Source of the DNA: Pseudomonadota bacterium
GTDB lineage: Bacteria > Pseudomonadota > Alphaproteobacteria > Kiloniellales > J153
Direction: 5' to 3'
NCBI GenBank assembly: GCA_022572685.1
Contig: JACZVL010000001.1
Location: 3,914-67,913, forward strand
DNA length: 64,000 nt
Both the position numbers and the translations under genes were made by a program. The number at the start of each line of letters is the position of its first letter. Position 1 is the stretch's first letter. The notes under the pieces were generated by a model. The model saw nothing but the letters and a program-made list of their open reading frames with translations. It had not been told where the DNA came from and searched no databases. Shown here one piece after another: positions 9,787 to 18,603 of the stretch.

Positions 9787-10563
9787 TTGTCCCCAAATAT
9801 TCGATTCTTGGTCGAGGGTGAAGGTGATCCCATTACGTTAATTCACGGTGTCGGCTCTAATCTTGAGAGCTGGGATCAGGTCGTCCAGCGTCTACAGGCT
9901 AAATTCTCGGTGCTCCGCATGGATTTGCGGGGGCAGGGCCAATCGAGAGGCATCACCGCCGACTGCACGCTGGAGGATTTCGTCGCCGATGTCCTCGGTG
10001 CCATGGACGCGGCTGGCTTCGGTAAATCCGATCTCATCGGATTTTCCCTTGGCGGAATGATCGCACAACTGTTCGCCCTCACCCATCCGGAACGGGTTGA
10101 CCGCCTCGCCCTTATCAGTGCCGTCGCTGGGCGCACGCCGGAAGAAAAGCAGCGGCTCGCGCAAAGGGCCACAAAGATACGTGAAGAAGGCGTTGGATCG
10201 GTGATCGGCGCCTCCGCCCAGCGCTGGTTTACCGACGCGTTTCTCCGGGCCCATCCCGAGAAGGTGGAACAACGGCTCAAGGAGCTGCTTGAAAACGATC
10301 CGGCATCCTATGCCGAGGCCTATCGTATCTTTGCGGAAAGCGATGTCGGGGACCGTATACACGGCATCCGTCACCGGACTCTGATCGCCACCGGCGAACA
10401 TGATGTCGGCTCCAATCCCCGTATGGCGCGTTTCATGCACGATCAGATCTCGAATTCCGAATTGGTTATCTTTCCGGACCTTCGACACAGCCTTTTGGTC
10501 GAGGCTCCGGATCAGGTCGCCGACCTCATATCGAAATTTCTCGGTGGGCGCTCTCACCCTTGA
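9787..10563 (+). CDS. Alpha/beta hydrolase (3-oxoadipate enol-lactonase-like)
   Basis: LIHGVG, DLRGQGQS, nucleophile GFSLGG, GEHD, late His (LRHS); AAGGAG RBS before TTG start. Confidence 0.88.
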   Translation: MSPNIRFLVEGEGDPITLIHGVGSNLESWDQVVQRLQAKFSVLRMDLRGQGQSRGITADCTLEDFVADVLGAMDAAGFGKSDLIGFSLGGMIAQLFALTHPERVDRLALISAVAGRTPEEKQRLAQRATKIREEGVGSVIGASAQRWFTDAFLRAHPEKVEQRLKELLENDPASYAEAYRIFAESDVGDRIHGIRHRTLIATGEHDVGSNPRMARFMHDQISNSELVIFPDLRHSLLVEAPDQVADLISKFLGGRSHP

Positions 10564-10861
10564 CCTTGGTGGCGATGTCTCGACGGGCGAATTCGAACGC
10601 CGGTCGAAATGGATGGCGGAGGTCGGTGGATGGACGACGTCGCGATCGCGCGATCGCTCTTCCACGGGTTTGCGGACTCCACCATCGCTACGAGCGACCG
10701 GCCGCCTGAACGCCGACCTCCTCACCCCCCGCGGACAGCAACCGTACACACGTCCCCGACCGTGTTGTCCGGATCGAGAATATCATCCACAACCTGGCCG
10801 TCGCGCACCGCCGGTTCCGTCATCCTCTACGATCGATGGTACAGGTGACCCAATCGGGATT

Positions 10862-11059
10862 CTATCGATCGCCTTGCAGCTTGTTCAAGGCGCGACGGAG
10901 GGCCCGCCCGGCGGCCCAGGCCTTGTCTTCCCCGCGGGCGATCTGCCTGGCCTCGTCGACGACGACGCGCGCGGCCTTGGCCGCCGTTTCCCTCACCCGG
11001 GGGTTGGAGGCCAGTTTTTGCGCCGCGTAGCGGGCGATATGGCGCAGGAGGAAAGGCAT
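10862..11059 (-). CDS. Small basic hypothetical protein (65 aa)
   Basis: ATG-start ORF in an otherwise empty gap, helical Ala/Arg-rich composition, GC-biased codons. Confidence 0.5.
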   Translation of the reverse strand: MPFLLRHIARYAAQKLASNPRVRETAAKAARVVVDEARQIARGEDKAWAAGRALRRALNKLQGDR

Positions 11060-11225
11060 GGCGGCACATTAACCAATCGGGTGTGGCTCGTCAAAATCCC
11101 GGGATTCCGGTATTTTACCTGGATTATTATCAGCGCTCTTTGGCATGAGTCGATCCGAGCAGCCTATGTCTCGGTCTGGACGGGGGAGGGGCGCGTCACG
11201 AAGGAGTGGAATCGCGACAGACTCC

Positions 11226-13106
11226 TCATGAACCCCCCGCCGTCACCCGCTTGTTTTTCAGCACCGCGTAAATCACCGCGATCGCTCCGAGAACCAGAGC
11301 CACCGCCTTGACCTCCATGGCCGGCCATATGAAGCAGGTGCCGACCAGGAAACAGAGAAGACGCTCGACCAAGCCCAGCCGGTCCAGCGCCCAGCCCTGG
11401 ACGCCGGATATGATGAAGGCGAAGCCGATGGCGACGGCCAGGGTGTTCAGCGCGATGACCTCCGCGGTGCCGAACAGCAGCAGCGACGGCGTGAAGACGA
11501 TGAGGAACGGCAGCAGATAGGGCACGGCGCTCATCTTCATGCCGACGAAGGCGGTCTCCCAGACGTTGGCGCCGGCAATCTGGGCGCCGGCGAAGATGGC
11601 CAGGCAGACCGGCGGCGTGATGTGCGACAGCAGGGCGAAATAGAACACGAACATGTTGGCCACCAGGGGGTCGACCCCCTGCGCGGTCAGGGCCGGCACG
11701 CCGGCCACCGAAACCAGGATGTAGGCCGCGACCGTGTTCATGCCCATGCCCAGGACCATGCAGGCCAGCCCGACCAGAAACAGGGTTCCGAGAAAATAGC
11801 CGCCGGACATCGAAATGATCGCGCTGCTGACGTTCAGGCCGAGCCCGGTGATCAGAAAGCCGCCGATCACGAAGCCGACGGTCGCGCAGGTGACGACGAT
11901 CAGAACGGCGCTCTTGGCGCCGGTCTCCAGCGCTTCGAGAATCTCCCGGGGCCCGAGCCGGGTCTCCTTGCGCAGCCAGGAAATGATCACCGTGAAGACG
12001 ATGGCGTAAAATGCCGCCCGGACCGGCGAGAAGCCATAAACCAGGGCGCCGATCAGGACCGCCAGCGGCGACATCAGGTGCCCGCCCTTGAGCATGACCT
12101 TGAGGAAATCAGGTTTTTCGTGTCTGGGGATACCGGCCAGCCCGGTCTTGCTGGCCTCCAGGTGGATGAACCAGAGCAGGCCGCCGAAATAGAGCAGCGC
12201 CGGGATCAGACTCGCCATCGCGACCTTGACGTAGGGCACGCCGCTGTAGGCCGCCAGGATGAAGGCGGTGGCGCCCAGGATCGGCGGCATGATCTGGCCG
12301 CCGTTCGACGCCAGGGCCTCGACCGCCCCGGCGACCGCCGGCCGGTAGCCCAACCGCTTCATCATCGGGATCGTGAACTGGCCGGTGGTATAGACGTTGG
12401 CGACCGTGGACCCGGTAACCGAACCGATCATCCCCGACGAAAATATCGCGACCTTGGCCGGGCCGCCTCTGGTGTGACCGGCGATGGAGTTGGCAAGGTC
12501 GATGAAGAATTGGGAGACACCGGCCCTCTCGGCGAAGGCGCCGAAGATGATGAACAGCACGATATAGGTCGCCGCGACACCCAGGGCGATCCCCCAAATG
12601 CCGTTGTCGGTCAAATAGATGTAGTCGAGCATGTGCTCGAAGGTATAGGCCCGGTGCTGCAGCACGAGAAACGGCGAATACTCGCCGTAGTATGTGTATA
12701 AAAGCGCGACCGCCGCCACGATGACCAGCGGCCAGCCCAGTAGCCGCCGGGTCGCCTCGAGGATAAGCAGGGAGGCGAGCACCCCGAAAGTCATCTGCAG
12801 GTCGGTCACCGGGAAAGACGGCGTCATCGGCCATCGATTGGCCAGGTAGTCGCTGTTGAAGGTGATGTAACCGATGACCGGGACCGCCAATAGCGCCAGT
12901 CCCCAGTCATAAAGCGGCACCGGGGCGTCCCGATCTCGGTCCTTGGCGGAGGCGCGCACCGTCAGGAAGGTCAGGATCAAAGCCAACATGACCGGGACCG
13001 AGCGCTGAACGTAAGGATAGAATGTGCCGAAATAGGCGGTGTAGATGTGAAACGTCGACAGGCCGATGGCAATCAGCCGGACGATGTAGGGCGTAATCAG
13101 ATTCAT
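11226..13106 (-). CDS. TRAP transporter fused 4TM/12TM permease (TAXI type)
   Basis: GGPAKVAI, ASNGGQIMPPILGATAFI, LSHITPPVCLA. Confidence 0.93.
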   Translation of the reverse strand: MNLITPYIVRLIAIGLSTFHIYTAYFGTFYPYVQRSVPVMLALILTFLTVRASAKDRDRDAPVPLYDWGLALLAVPVIGYITFNSDYLANRWPMTPSFPVTDLQMTFGVLASLLILEATRRLLGWPLVIVAAVALLYTYYGEYSPFLVLQHRAYTFEHMLDYIYLTDNGIWGIALGVAATYIVLFIIFGAFAERAGVSQFFIDLANSIAGHTRGGPAKVAIFSSGMIGSVTGSTVANVYTTGQFTIPMMKRLGYRPAVAGAVEALASNGGQIMPPILGATAFILAAYSGVPYVKVAMASLIPALLYFGGLLWFIHLEASKTGLAGIPRHEKPDFLKVMLKGGHLMSPLAVLIGALVYGFSPVRAAFYAIVFTVIISWLRKETRLGPREILEALETGAKSAVLIVVTCATVGFVIGGFLITGLGLNVSSAIISMSGGYFLGTLFLVGLACMVLGMGMNTVAAYILVSVAGVPALTAQGVDPLVANMFVFYFALLSHITPPVCLAIFAGAQIAGANVWETAFVGMKMSAVPYLLPFLIVFTPSLLLFGTAEVIALNTLAVAIGFAFIISGVQGWALDRLGLVERLLCFLVGTCFIWPAMEVKAVALVLGAIAVIYAVLKNKRVTAGGS

Positions 13107-13173
13107 GGCGGACTCCCCGGCGGCGGCGCGGGTCGAGAGTCAGCCGGGCGCGCCGCCGCGATAGGAGCTTAGT

Positions 13174-13314
13174 CTAGAGCAGATCGGGGTTGATTCGAAT
13201 CGCCGATGGCGATCCGATCAACCGCGTGAATCTGCTCTACACTATCGATGTAGACCGGATTCACAGGATTGATCGAACCCACCAGTGGGTTCGATCAATC
13301 CTGATCCGGTCTAG
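13174..13314. repeat. CTAG-bounded palindromic intergenic element (RIME/RPE/MITE-like)
   Basis: TAGAGCAGAT..ATCTGCTCTA and TAGACCGGAT..ATCCGGTCTA arms; perfect 19-bp inverted repeat 13264-13282 / 13285-13303. Confidence 0.8.
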
Positions 13315-14324
13315 GGCATGTAGCCGTTTTCTTTGTAGAACTTGATAGCGCCGGGATGCAGCGGCGCGGTGCCGACGTTCTGCCAGGCGACCTCCGGCCG
13401 GTAGTACTTGTGCATCCTGTGCACTTTCCAGAACTCTTCCTTGTGGGCGGCCAACGCCGCCGTCATCTTGTAGACCAGATCGTCGGACAGGCCGGTCCTG
13501 ACGCCGAAGGTGACGATCGTCGCCGGCGACCAGTAGGCGTCATTGGTGCCGTTGTTGTCGGCGTAGATGTCGGCCGGAACCTCCATGATATCCTGGCCGA
13601 ATTTCTTCGCGACCTGCTCGGCGACTTCCTTGCTGAGCGGCAACAGCCTGAACGGCCTCTTGGCGCCTAACTTTATGTACTGAGAATGGGGGAAATAGGA
13701 CCCGCCGGTAAACCACATGTCGACCAGGCCGTCCATCATCATCCGGATACCCTCGCCAATGGACGTGAAGATGACCTTGCCGCCCATCGACTCGATTTTC
13801 TCGACGGTGAGGCCGTAGGCCTCGAGCATGGCCAGCGCCTGACCGGTGGCGAGCTGGTGGCGCTCGAACATCGCGATCTTGATCGGGTAATTTTTCTCCA
13901 GAATTTCTTCGAAGGTCTTGATACCGGCGGACTCGACGATCACCGCTTGCGCGGCGCCGGGCTGGCGGAACGCCGCCAGCATGCGGAAGTCGTACTTCTT
14001 GCCGGTCGGTCCGGTGCCTTCCCAGGCCATGCTGGCCAAAGCGTTTTCGAGCACCGCGATGTCGGCGGTTTCGGCCGCGGCGTCGATCCGTTCGATGTTG
14101 GCCCAACCGCCCCCCGGAATCACCGTCGTCGAGGTGCCGGGAATTTCGGCCTTGATGTATTCCGCGAAGGCCGCGGCGGCCTTGAAATAGCCACCACCGG
14201 GCGACCCGGCGGTCAATGTGAGGCTTTCGCCGGCGAAAGCGGGTCCGGACCAGCCGAAAGCAAGAAGTATGGCCGCCGCGGCCGCGCGCCGCACCGTCAT
14301 CGTGATCTCATGTCGAATAGCCAT
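13311..14324 (-). CDS. TAXI family TRAP substrate-binding protein
   Basis: Signal peptide, TAGSPGGGYF, C-terminal PLHPGAIKFYKE. Confidence 0.92.
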   Translation of the reverse strand: MAIRHEITMTVRRAAAAAILLAFGWSGPAFAGESLTLTAGSPGGGYFKAAAAFAEYIKAEIPGTSTTVIPGGGWANIERIDAAAETADIAVLENALASMAWEGTGPTGKKYDFRMLAAFRQPGAAQAVIVESAGIKTFEEILEKNYPIKIAMFERHQLATGQALAMLEAYGLTVEKIESMGGKVIFTSIGEGIRMMMDGLVDMWFTGGSYFPHSQYIKLGAKRPFRLLPLSKEVAEQVAKKFGQDIMEVPADIYADNNGTNDAYWSPATIVTFGVRTGLSDDLVYKMTAALAAHKEEFWKVHRMHKYYRPEVAWQNVGTAPLHPGAIKFYKENGYMP

Positions 14325-14597
14325 GGATTTTCCTCCCGATTTGTAGCGGCCCGTCGTTTTTCATTTTGCCGCGGAAACCGCCACCCCAGGGGACGGAACC
14401 GGCTAGTTTGTCGGCCGCGTGCGCTTGTCTGCGCGATCACAATCAAAAATAGCGCCGCGTCATTGCTAAACGTTGTACCATTTCATCCAATGTCCGACCT
14501 ATAAGGCAAATTCAAAGAATAGATATCACATATAGAGTTTCTATATATCTATCTGCGCCCCTGCCACTCATGGGGGGATCGGCTGCCGCGGTCGCCG

Positions 14598-15467
14598 CTA
14601 AACCGATCTCATTTCTTCCGCAAGCTCGAAGAACGCACGTATGGCCCGGTTGTCCTTGCGCTCCTCCAGGCACACGACGTTCACCTGGGCGACGAAATCG
14701 ACATCGCGGATGCGAAGCTTGCACACCGACTGCTCCGGAATCAGCCCCTCGTCGAAGATCATCGCCACACCCACGTTCAGCGCCGCCGCCGCGACCGTCC
14801 CTTCCCGGCTGCCGATCTCGATCACACTGCCGGGTTTCAGGTTGTGGTGCCGCTCCATCTCAACATAGATGCGCCGCAACTCGGACCCGGACTCCCGGAG
14901 AATCAAGGGCTGGCCGTTCAGCTCCCGTACGTCGATCGACTTGCGCCGGCTCCACGGGTGCGTCTTGCCGACGATGGCGATCAGGCGGGACTGGTTGTAG
15001 GCCAAGGTATGAAACTCGGCGCGCCGTTCGACGCGGCTGAACACGGCGATGTCGATGGCATGCCCGAGGATATCGTCCTGAAGCCGCTGGGAATTGGCGA
15101 AACCGAGAGACGAATCGAGATCCGGATAGCGCTGATGAAAGGCCGAGAGCAACTCGATCACGTGGTAGGGGCCGTAGGCGCCGATTCGCATCTGTCCGGT
15201 GTGCAGACCCTGAACCGCCTGCAGATATTCCACGGCATCTTGCTGGTTCGCATAAATTCGCCGGACGATCGACAGCAACTCCTGCCCGGTCGCGGTGAGG
15301 CTTACGCCCCGGCCGTGCCGGTGAAAGAGCTCGACTCCGTAGAGCGTTTCCAAGTCCTTGACTTGCGTGGTGACCGTTGGTTGGCTGACGTTCAGGGCCT
15401 TGGCGGCGGCTGTGAAACTGCCGGCGTTGGCGACCGCAAGAAAGGCCCGAGCCTGGGTCGGAGACAT
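14598..15467 (-). CDS. LysR family transcriptional regulator
   Basis: GSFTAAAKALNVSQPTVTTQVKDLE HTH; LILRESGS. Confidence 0.94.
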   Translation of the reverse strand: MSPTQARAFLAVANAGSFTAAAKALNVSQPTVTTQVKDLETLYGVELFHRHGRGVSLTATGQELLSIVRRIYANQQDAVEYLQAVQGLHTGQMRIGAYGPYHVIELLSAFHQRYPDLDSSLGFANSQRLQDDILGHAIDIAVFSRVERRAEFHTLAYNQSRLIAIVGKTHPWSRRKSIDVRELNGQPLILRESGSELRRIYVEMERHHNLKPGSVIEIGSREGTVAAAALNVGVAMIFDEGLIPEQSVCKLRIRDVDFVAQVNVVCLEERKDNRAIRAFFELAEEMRSV

Positions 15468-15593
15468 AGAATGAACCTATAGCTTTCATATTATTTTTGA
15501 ATTTGATGTATACCACGCCCTTGGCAAGAATTCAAAGAAAGCCGGCCTTCCCCTGACGGCCGGTGAATCGTTTCCCACGAAACAGGCGAGGTC

Positions 15594-17237
15594 ATGGCGC
15601 AGAACGCTCGGCAAGGAAACAGCGGCGACCGCTGGGACGAGGCGTTCGACGTCGTGGTGGTGGGTTACGGCTACGCCGGCGCGGTTGCCGCCATCGAGGC
15701 GCATGATGCCGGCAGCAGGGTCCTGCTGATCGAGAAGATGCCCGACCCGGGCGGTATCTCGATCTGCTCGGGCGGGAACGTCCGCACCGCCGAGGACGCC
15801 GACCAGGCCTTCGAATATTTGAAGGTGACCTGCGCCGGCACGACGCCCGACGATGTCTTGCGCGTGCTTGCCGAGGGCATGACCGAGGTGCCCGCCTATT
15901 TGGAGCGGCTCGCCCAAGTAAGCGGGGCGACGCTGGATTGGCGATCGGCCAGCGGGAACTATCCGTTCCCGGGAATCGACACCTTCGGATACATAAGTAT
16001 CGGCAGCGTGCCGGATTTCGATCCGGCGGAATGCTATCCGCACGTCAGCAGCTACCTGCCGATCCACCGGGCGGCCGGGGTCCGCCTGTTCAAGGTTATC
16101 GAGGACAATCTCGCCCAGCGCGAGGTCGCGATCTGGCTCGAGGCCAGGGCCGAACGGCTGCTCCGCGGTCCCGAGGGCGACATCGGCGGCCTGGTCATCG
16201 CGACCAGGGACGGCGAGAAGCGGGTCAAGGTGGCGCGCGGCGTTATTCTGGCCTGCGGCGGCTTCGAAGCCGACGCCGAGATGCAGCGCCAGTTCTGGCC
16301 GGAGAAACCGGTCCTGCTGGCCGCTTTCCTCGGCAGCACCGGGGACGGCATCCGCATGGCGCAAGCCGTGGGCGCCGATCTGTGGCACATGTGGAACTAT
16401 CACGGCACCTATGGCTTCAAGCATCCCGACCCCGACTACCCATACGGTATCCGGTCCAAGCGCCTGCCCGACTGGACACCCGGCCGGCCGCCGCGCAGCG
16501 ACGTGAAGATGCCCTGGATCGTGATCGACCAGGCGGGGCGGCGCTACATGAACGAGTACCCGCCCTACATGCAGGACACGGCGCATCGGGCGATGGCGGC
16601 GTTCGACACGCTGACCCAGAGCTACCAGCGGATTCCCTCCTACATCGTCCTCGACGACGACGCGCGCGGCACCTATCCCCTCTGCTCGCCGACCTTCAAC
16701 GACCGCGGCATGTCCTTCGAGTACGGCGATGAGGCGCTGCGCGCGCTGGAAGACCGCATCGTCTTCCAGGCCGACTCGATCGAGGACCTGGCCGGTAAGC
16801 TGGGAGCGGAGGAAGCGGCTCTGCGCGCGACCATCGAGCGCTGGAACACGCTGTGCGACGCCGGGGAGGACGTGGACTTCGGCCGCCCCTCGCCGTCCAT
16901 GATGAAGATCGCCAAGCCGCCGTTCCACTATGCCCAGGTCTGGCCGATTTGCTCGAACACCCATGGCGGGCCGGTCCATAACGCGCAACAGCAGATCATG
17001 GACGTATTCGGCCAGCCGATCCCGCGGCTCTACGCGGCCGGCGAAATGGGCGGGGTGTTCGGGCATCTCTATCTGGCCGGGGGCAACATGGCCGAATGTT
17101 TCGTCGGCGGCTGGATCGCCGGCCGCCACGCGGCGGGCCTGGAGCCATGGGGGGTGAGCGTCATGGCATCGGTCCCTGACCGGGAGAGGCCGGCGCTTCG
17201 GGAACCGCGGCCGGCGCGGGGAGCCACGCGGGCATGA
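15594..17237 (+). CDS. FAD-binding oxidoreductase (fumarate reductase flavoprotein / TcuA / KstD-like)
   Basis: DVVVVGYGYAG, VILACGGFE, TGDGIRMA, THGG, IPRLYAAGE. Confidence 0.87.
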   Translation: MAQNARQGNSGDRWDEAFDVVVVGYGYAGAVAAIEAHDAGSRVLLIEKMPDPGGISICSGGNVRTAEDADQAFEYLKVTCAGTTPDDVLRVLAEGMTEVPAYLERLAQVSGATLDWRSASGNYPFPGIDTFGYISIGSVPDFDPAECYPHVSSYLPIHRAAGVRLFKVIEDNLAQREVAIWLEARAERLLRGPEGDIGGLVIATRDGEKRVKVARGVILACGGFEADAEMQRQFWPEKPVLLAAFLGSTGDGIRMAQAVGADLWHMWNYHGTYGFKHPDPDYPYGIRSKRLPDWTPGRPPRSDVKMPWIVIDQAGRRYMNEYPPYMQDTAHRAMAAFDTLTQSYQRIPSYIVLDDDARGTYPLCSPTFNDRGMSFEYGDEALRALEDRIVFQADSIEDLAGKLGAEEAALRATIERWNTLCDAGEDVDFGRPSPSMMKIAKPPFHYAQVWPICSNTHGGPVHNAQQQIMDVFGQPIPRLYAAGEMGGVFGHLYLAGGNMAECFVGGWIAGRHAAGLEPWGVSVMASVPDRERPALREPRPARGATRA

Positions 17238-18109
17238 AGCCGCCGCCGTTCCACTATCACGATCCGCGAAGCCTGGACCAGGCGCTGGCCCTGCTCGCCA
17301 GCCGGGACAACGCCAAACTCCTGGCCGGCGGACAATCGCTCATGCCGATGCTGAACATGCGCTTTGCGCAACCCGACGACATCATCGACCTCAATCGCAT
17401 CGAGGAGCTATCCTTTGTCCGCCACACCGAGGGCGGCAGGATCGAGATCGGCGCCATGACCCGGCAGCGCGAGCTGGCGGACGCCGCGGTGATCCACGAC
17501 CGCTGCCCACTCATGTGCGAGGCCCTGCGCCACGTCGGCCACCGGGCGACCCGCAACCGGGGCACCATCGGCGGCAGCCTGTGTCATCTCGACCCGGCGG
17601 CGGAACTGCCGGTGGTGGCCATGGCGCTCGATGCCACGGTCCACGTCCAGAGCCGGCGCGGCGCCCGCACGCTGGCGATGGCTGAATTCCCGGCCTTTTA
17701 CATGACTCCGGCGATCGAACCCGACGAGATCGTCACCAAAATCAGCTTCGAGCCCTGGCCGGCCGGGCACGGCGCCGCCTTCGTCGAGTTCGCCCGCCGC
17801 CACGGCGATTTCGCGGTGGTCGCGGTGGCGGTGTTGCTGGAGTTGGGCGGCGACGGCGCGATCCACCGCGCTTCGGTGGTTCTTGGCGGCGTCGGGCCGG
17901 GACCGTTGCGGTGTGCGGCGGTGGAGGCCGCGGTGACGGGAAGCCGCGGCGGCTCGGCGTTTCAGGAGGCGGCCGCCACCTGCGGTGAGATCGACGCCAT
18001 GGAGGACGTTCATGCCTCTTCGGCCTACCGGCGGCATCTGGCCGAGGTCTTGACCCACCGGGCGCTTGATACTGCCTTTACCCGGGCCGGCGGAGAACGC
18101 GCCTCATGA
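17234..18109 (+). CDS. Xanthine dehydrogenase family FAD-binding subunit (CoxM-like)
   Basis: LAGGQSLMPMLNMR, RNRGTIGGSLCHLDPAAE, RRHGDFA. Confidence 0.93.
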   Translation: MKPPPFHYHDPRSLDQALALLASRDNAKLLAGGQSLMPMLNMRFAQPDDIIDLNRIEELSFVRHTEGGRIEIGAMTRQRELADAAVIHDRCPLMCEALRHVGHRATRNRGTIGGSLCHLDPAAELPVVAMALDATVHVQSRRGARTLAMAEFPAFYMTPAIEPDEIVTKISFEPWPAGHGAAFVEFARRHGDFAVVAVAVLLELGGDGAIHRASVVLGGVGPGPLRCAAVEAAVTGSRGGSAFQEAAATCGEIDAMEDVHASSAYRRHLAEVLTHRALDTAFTRAGGERAS

Positions 18110-18603
18110 CCGAGACCCGCAAGATCGAGATGACGGTCAACGGCGTCCGCCACCAGCTCGAGATCGAGACCCGGGTCACCCTGGCCGACTGCCTGCGCCA
18201 TCACTTGGGCCTCACCGGTACCCACCTGGGCTGCGAGCACGGCGTCTGCGGTGCCTGCACGATACTCGTCGATGGCCAGGCGGCGCGCAGCTGCCTGATG
18301 CTCGCGGTGCAGGCCGACGGCGCCGCGATCGCCACGGTCGAGGGCCTGGCCGGCGATGACGGCACGCTTCACCCGTTGCAGCAAGCGTTCCACGACAACC
18401 ACGGACTGCAATGCGGCTTCTGCACCCCAGGCATGCTGATGACCCTGGTCGAATTCCTGGAGTCCAACCCCGATCCGAGCGAGACGGAGGTGCGCGAGGC
18501 GCTATCCGGCAACCTGTGCCGCTGCACCGGCTACCAGGGGATCGTGGCCGCGGCGCTCGATGCGGCCCAGCGGATGCGGGCGCAAGCGGTGGGCTTGTCA
18601 TGA
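18106..18603 (+). CDS. Xanthine dehydrogenase family 2Fe-2S subunit (CoxS-like)
   Basis: [27 protein letters not shown]. Confidence 0.95.
   Translation: MTETRKIEMTVNGVRHQLEIETRVTLADCLRHHLGLTGTHLGCEHGVCGACTILVDGQAARSCLMLAVQADGAAIATVEGLAGDDGTLHPLQQAFHDNHGLQCGFCTPGMLMTLVEFLESNPDPSETEVREALSGNLCRCTGYQGIVAAALDAAQRMRAQAVGLS

Noticed and set aside
10564..10860. ORFs 10609-10848 and 10400-11311
   Set aside because: No motifs, atypical composition, and overlap with other genes; not supportable.
15507..15515. TGTATACCA as a third site of the GntR regulon
   Set aside because: Only a partial match, located in a LysR-divergent promoter; could be chance in AT-rich DNA.
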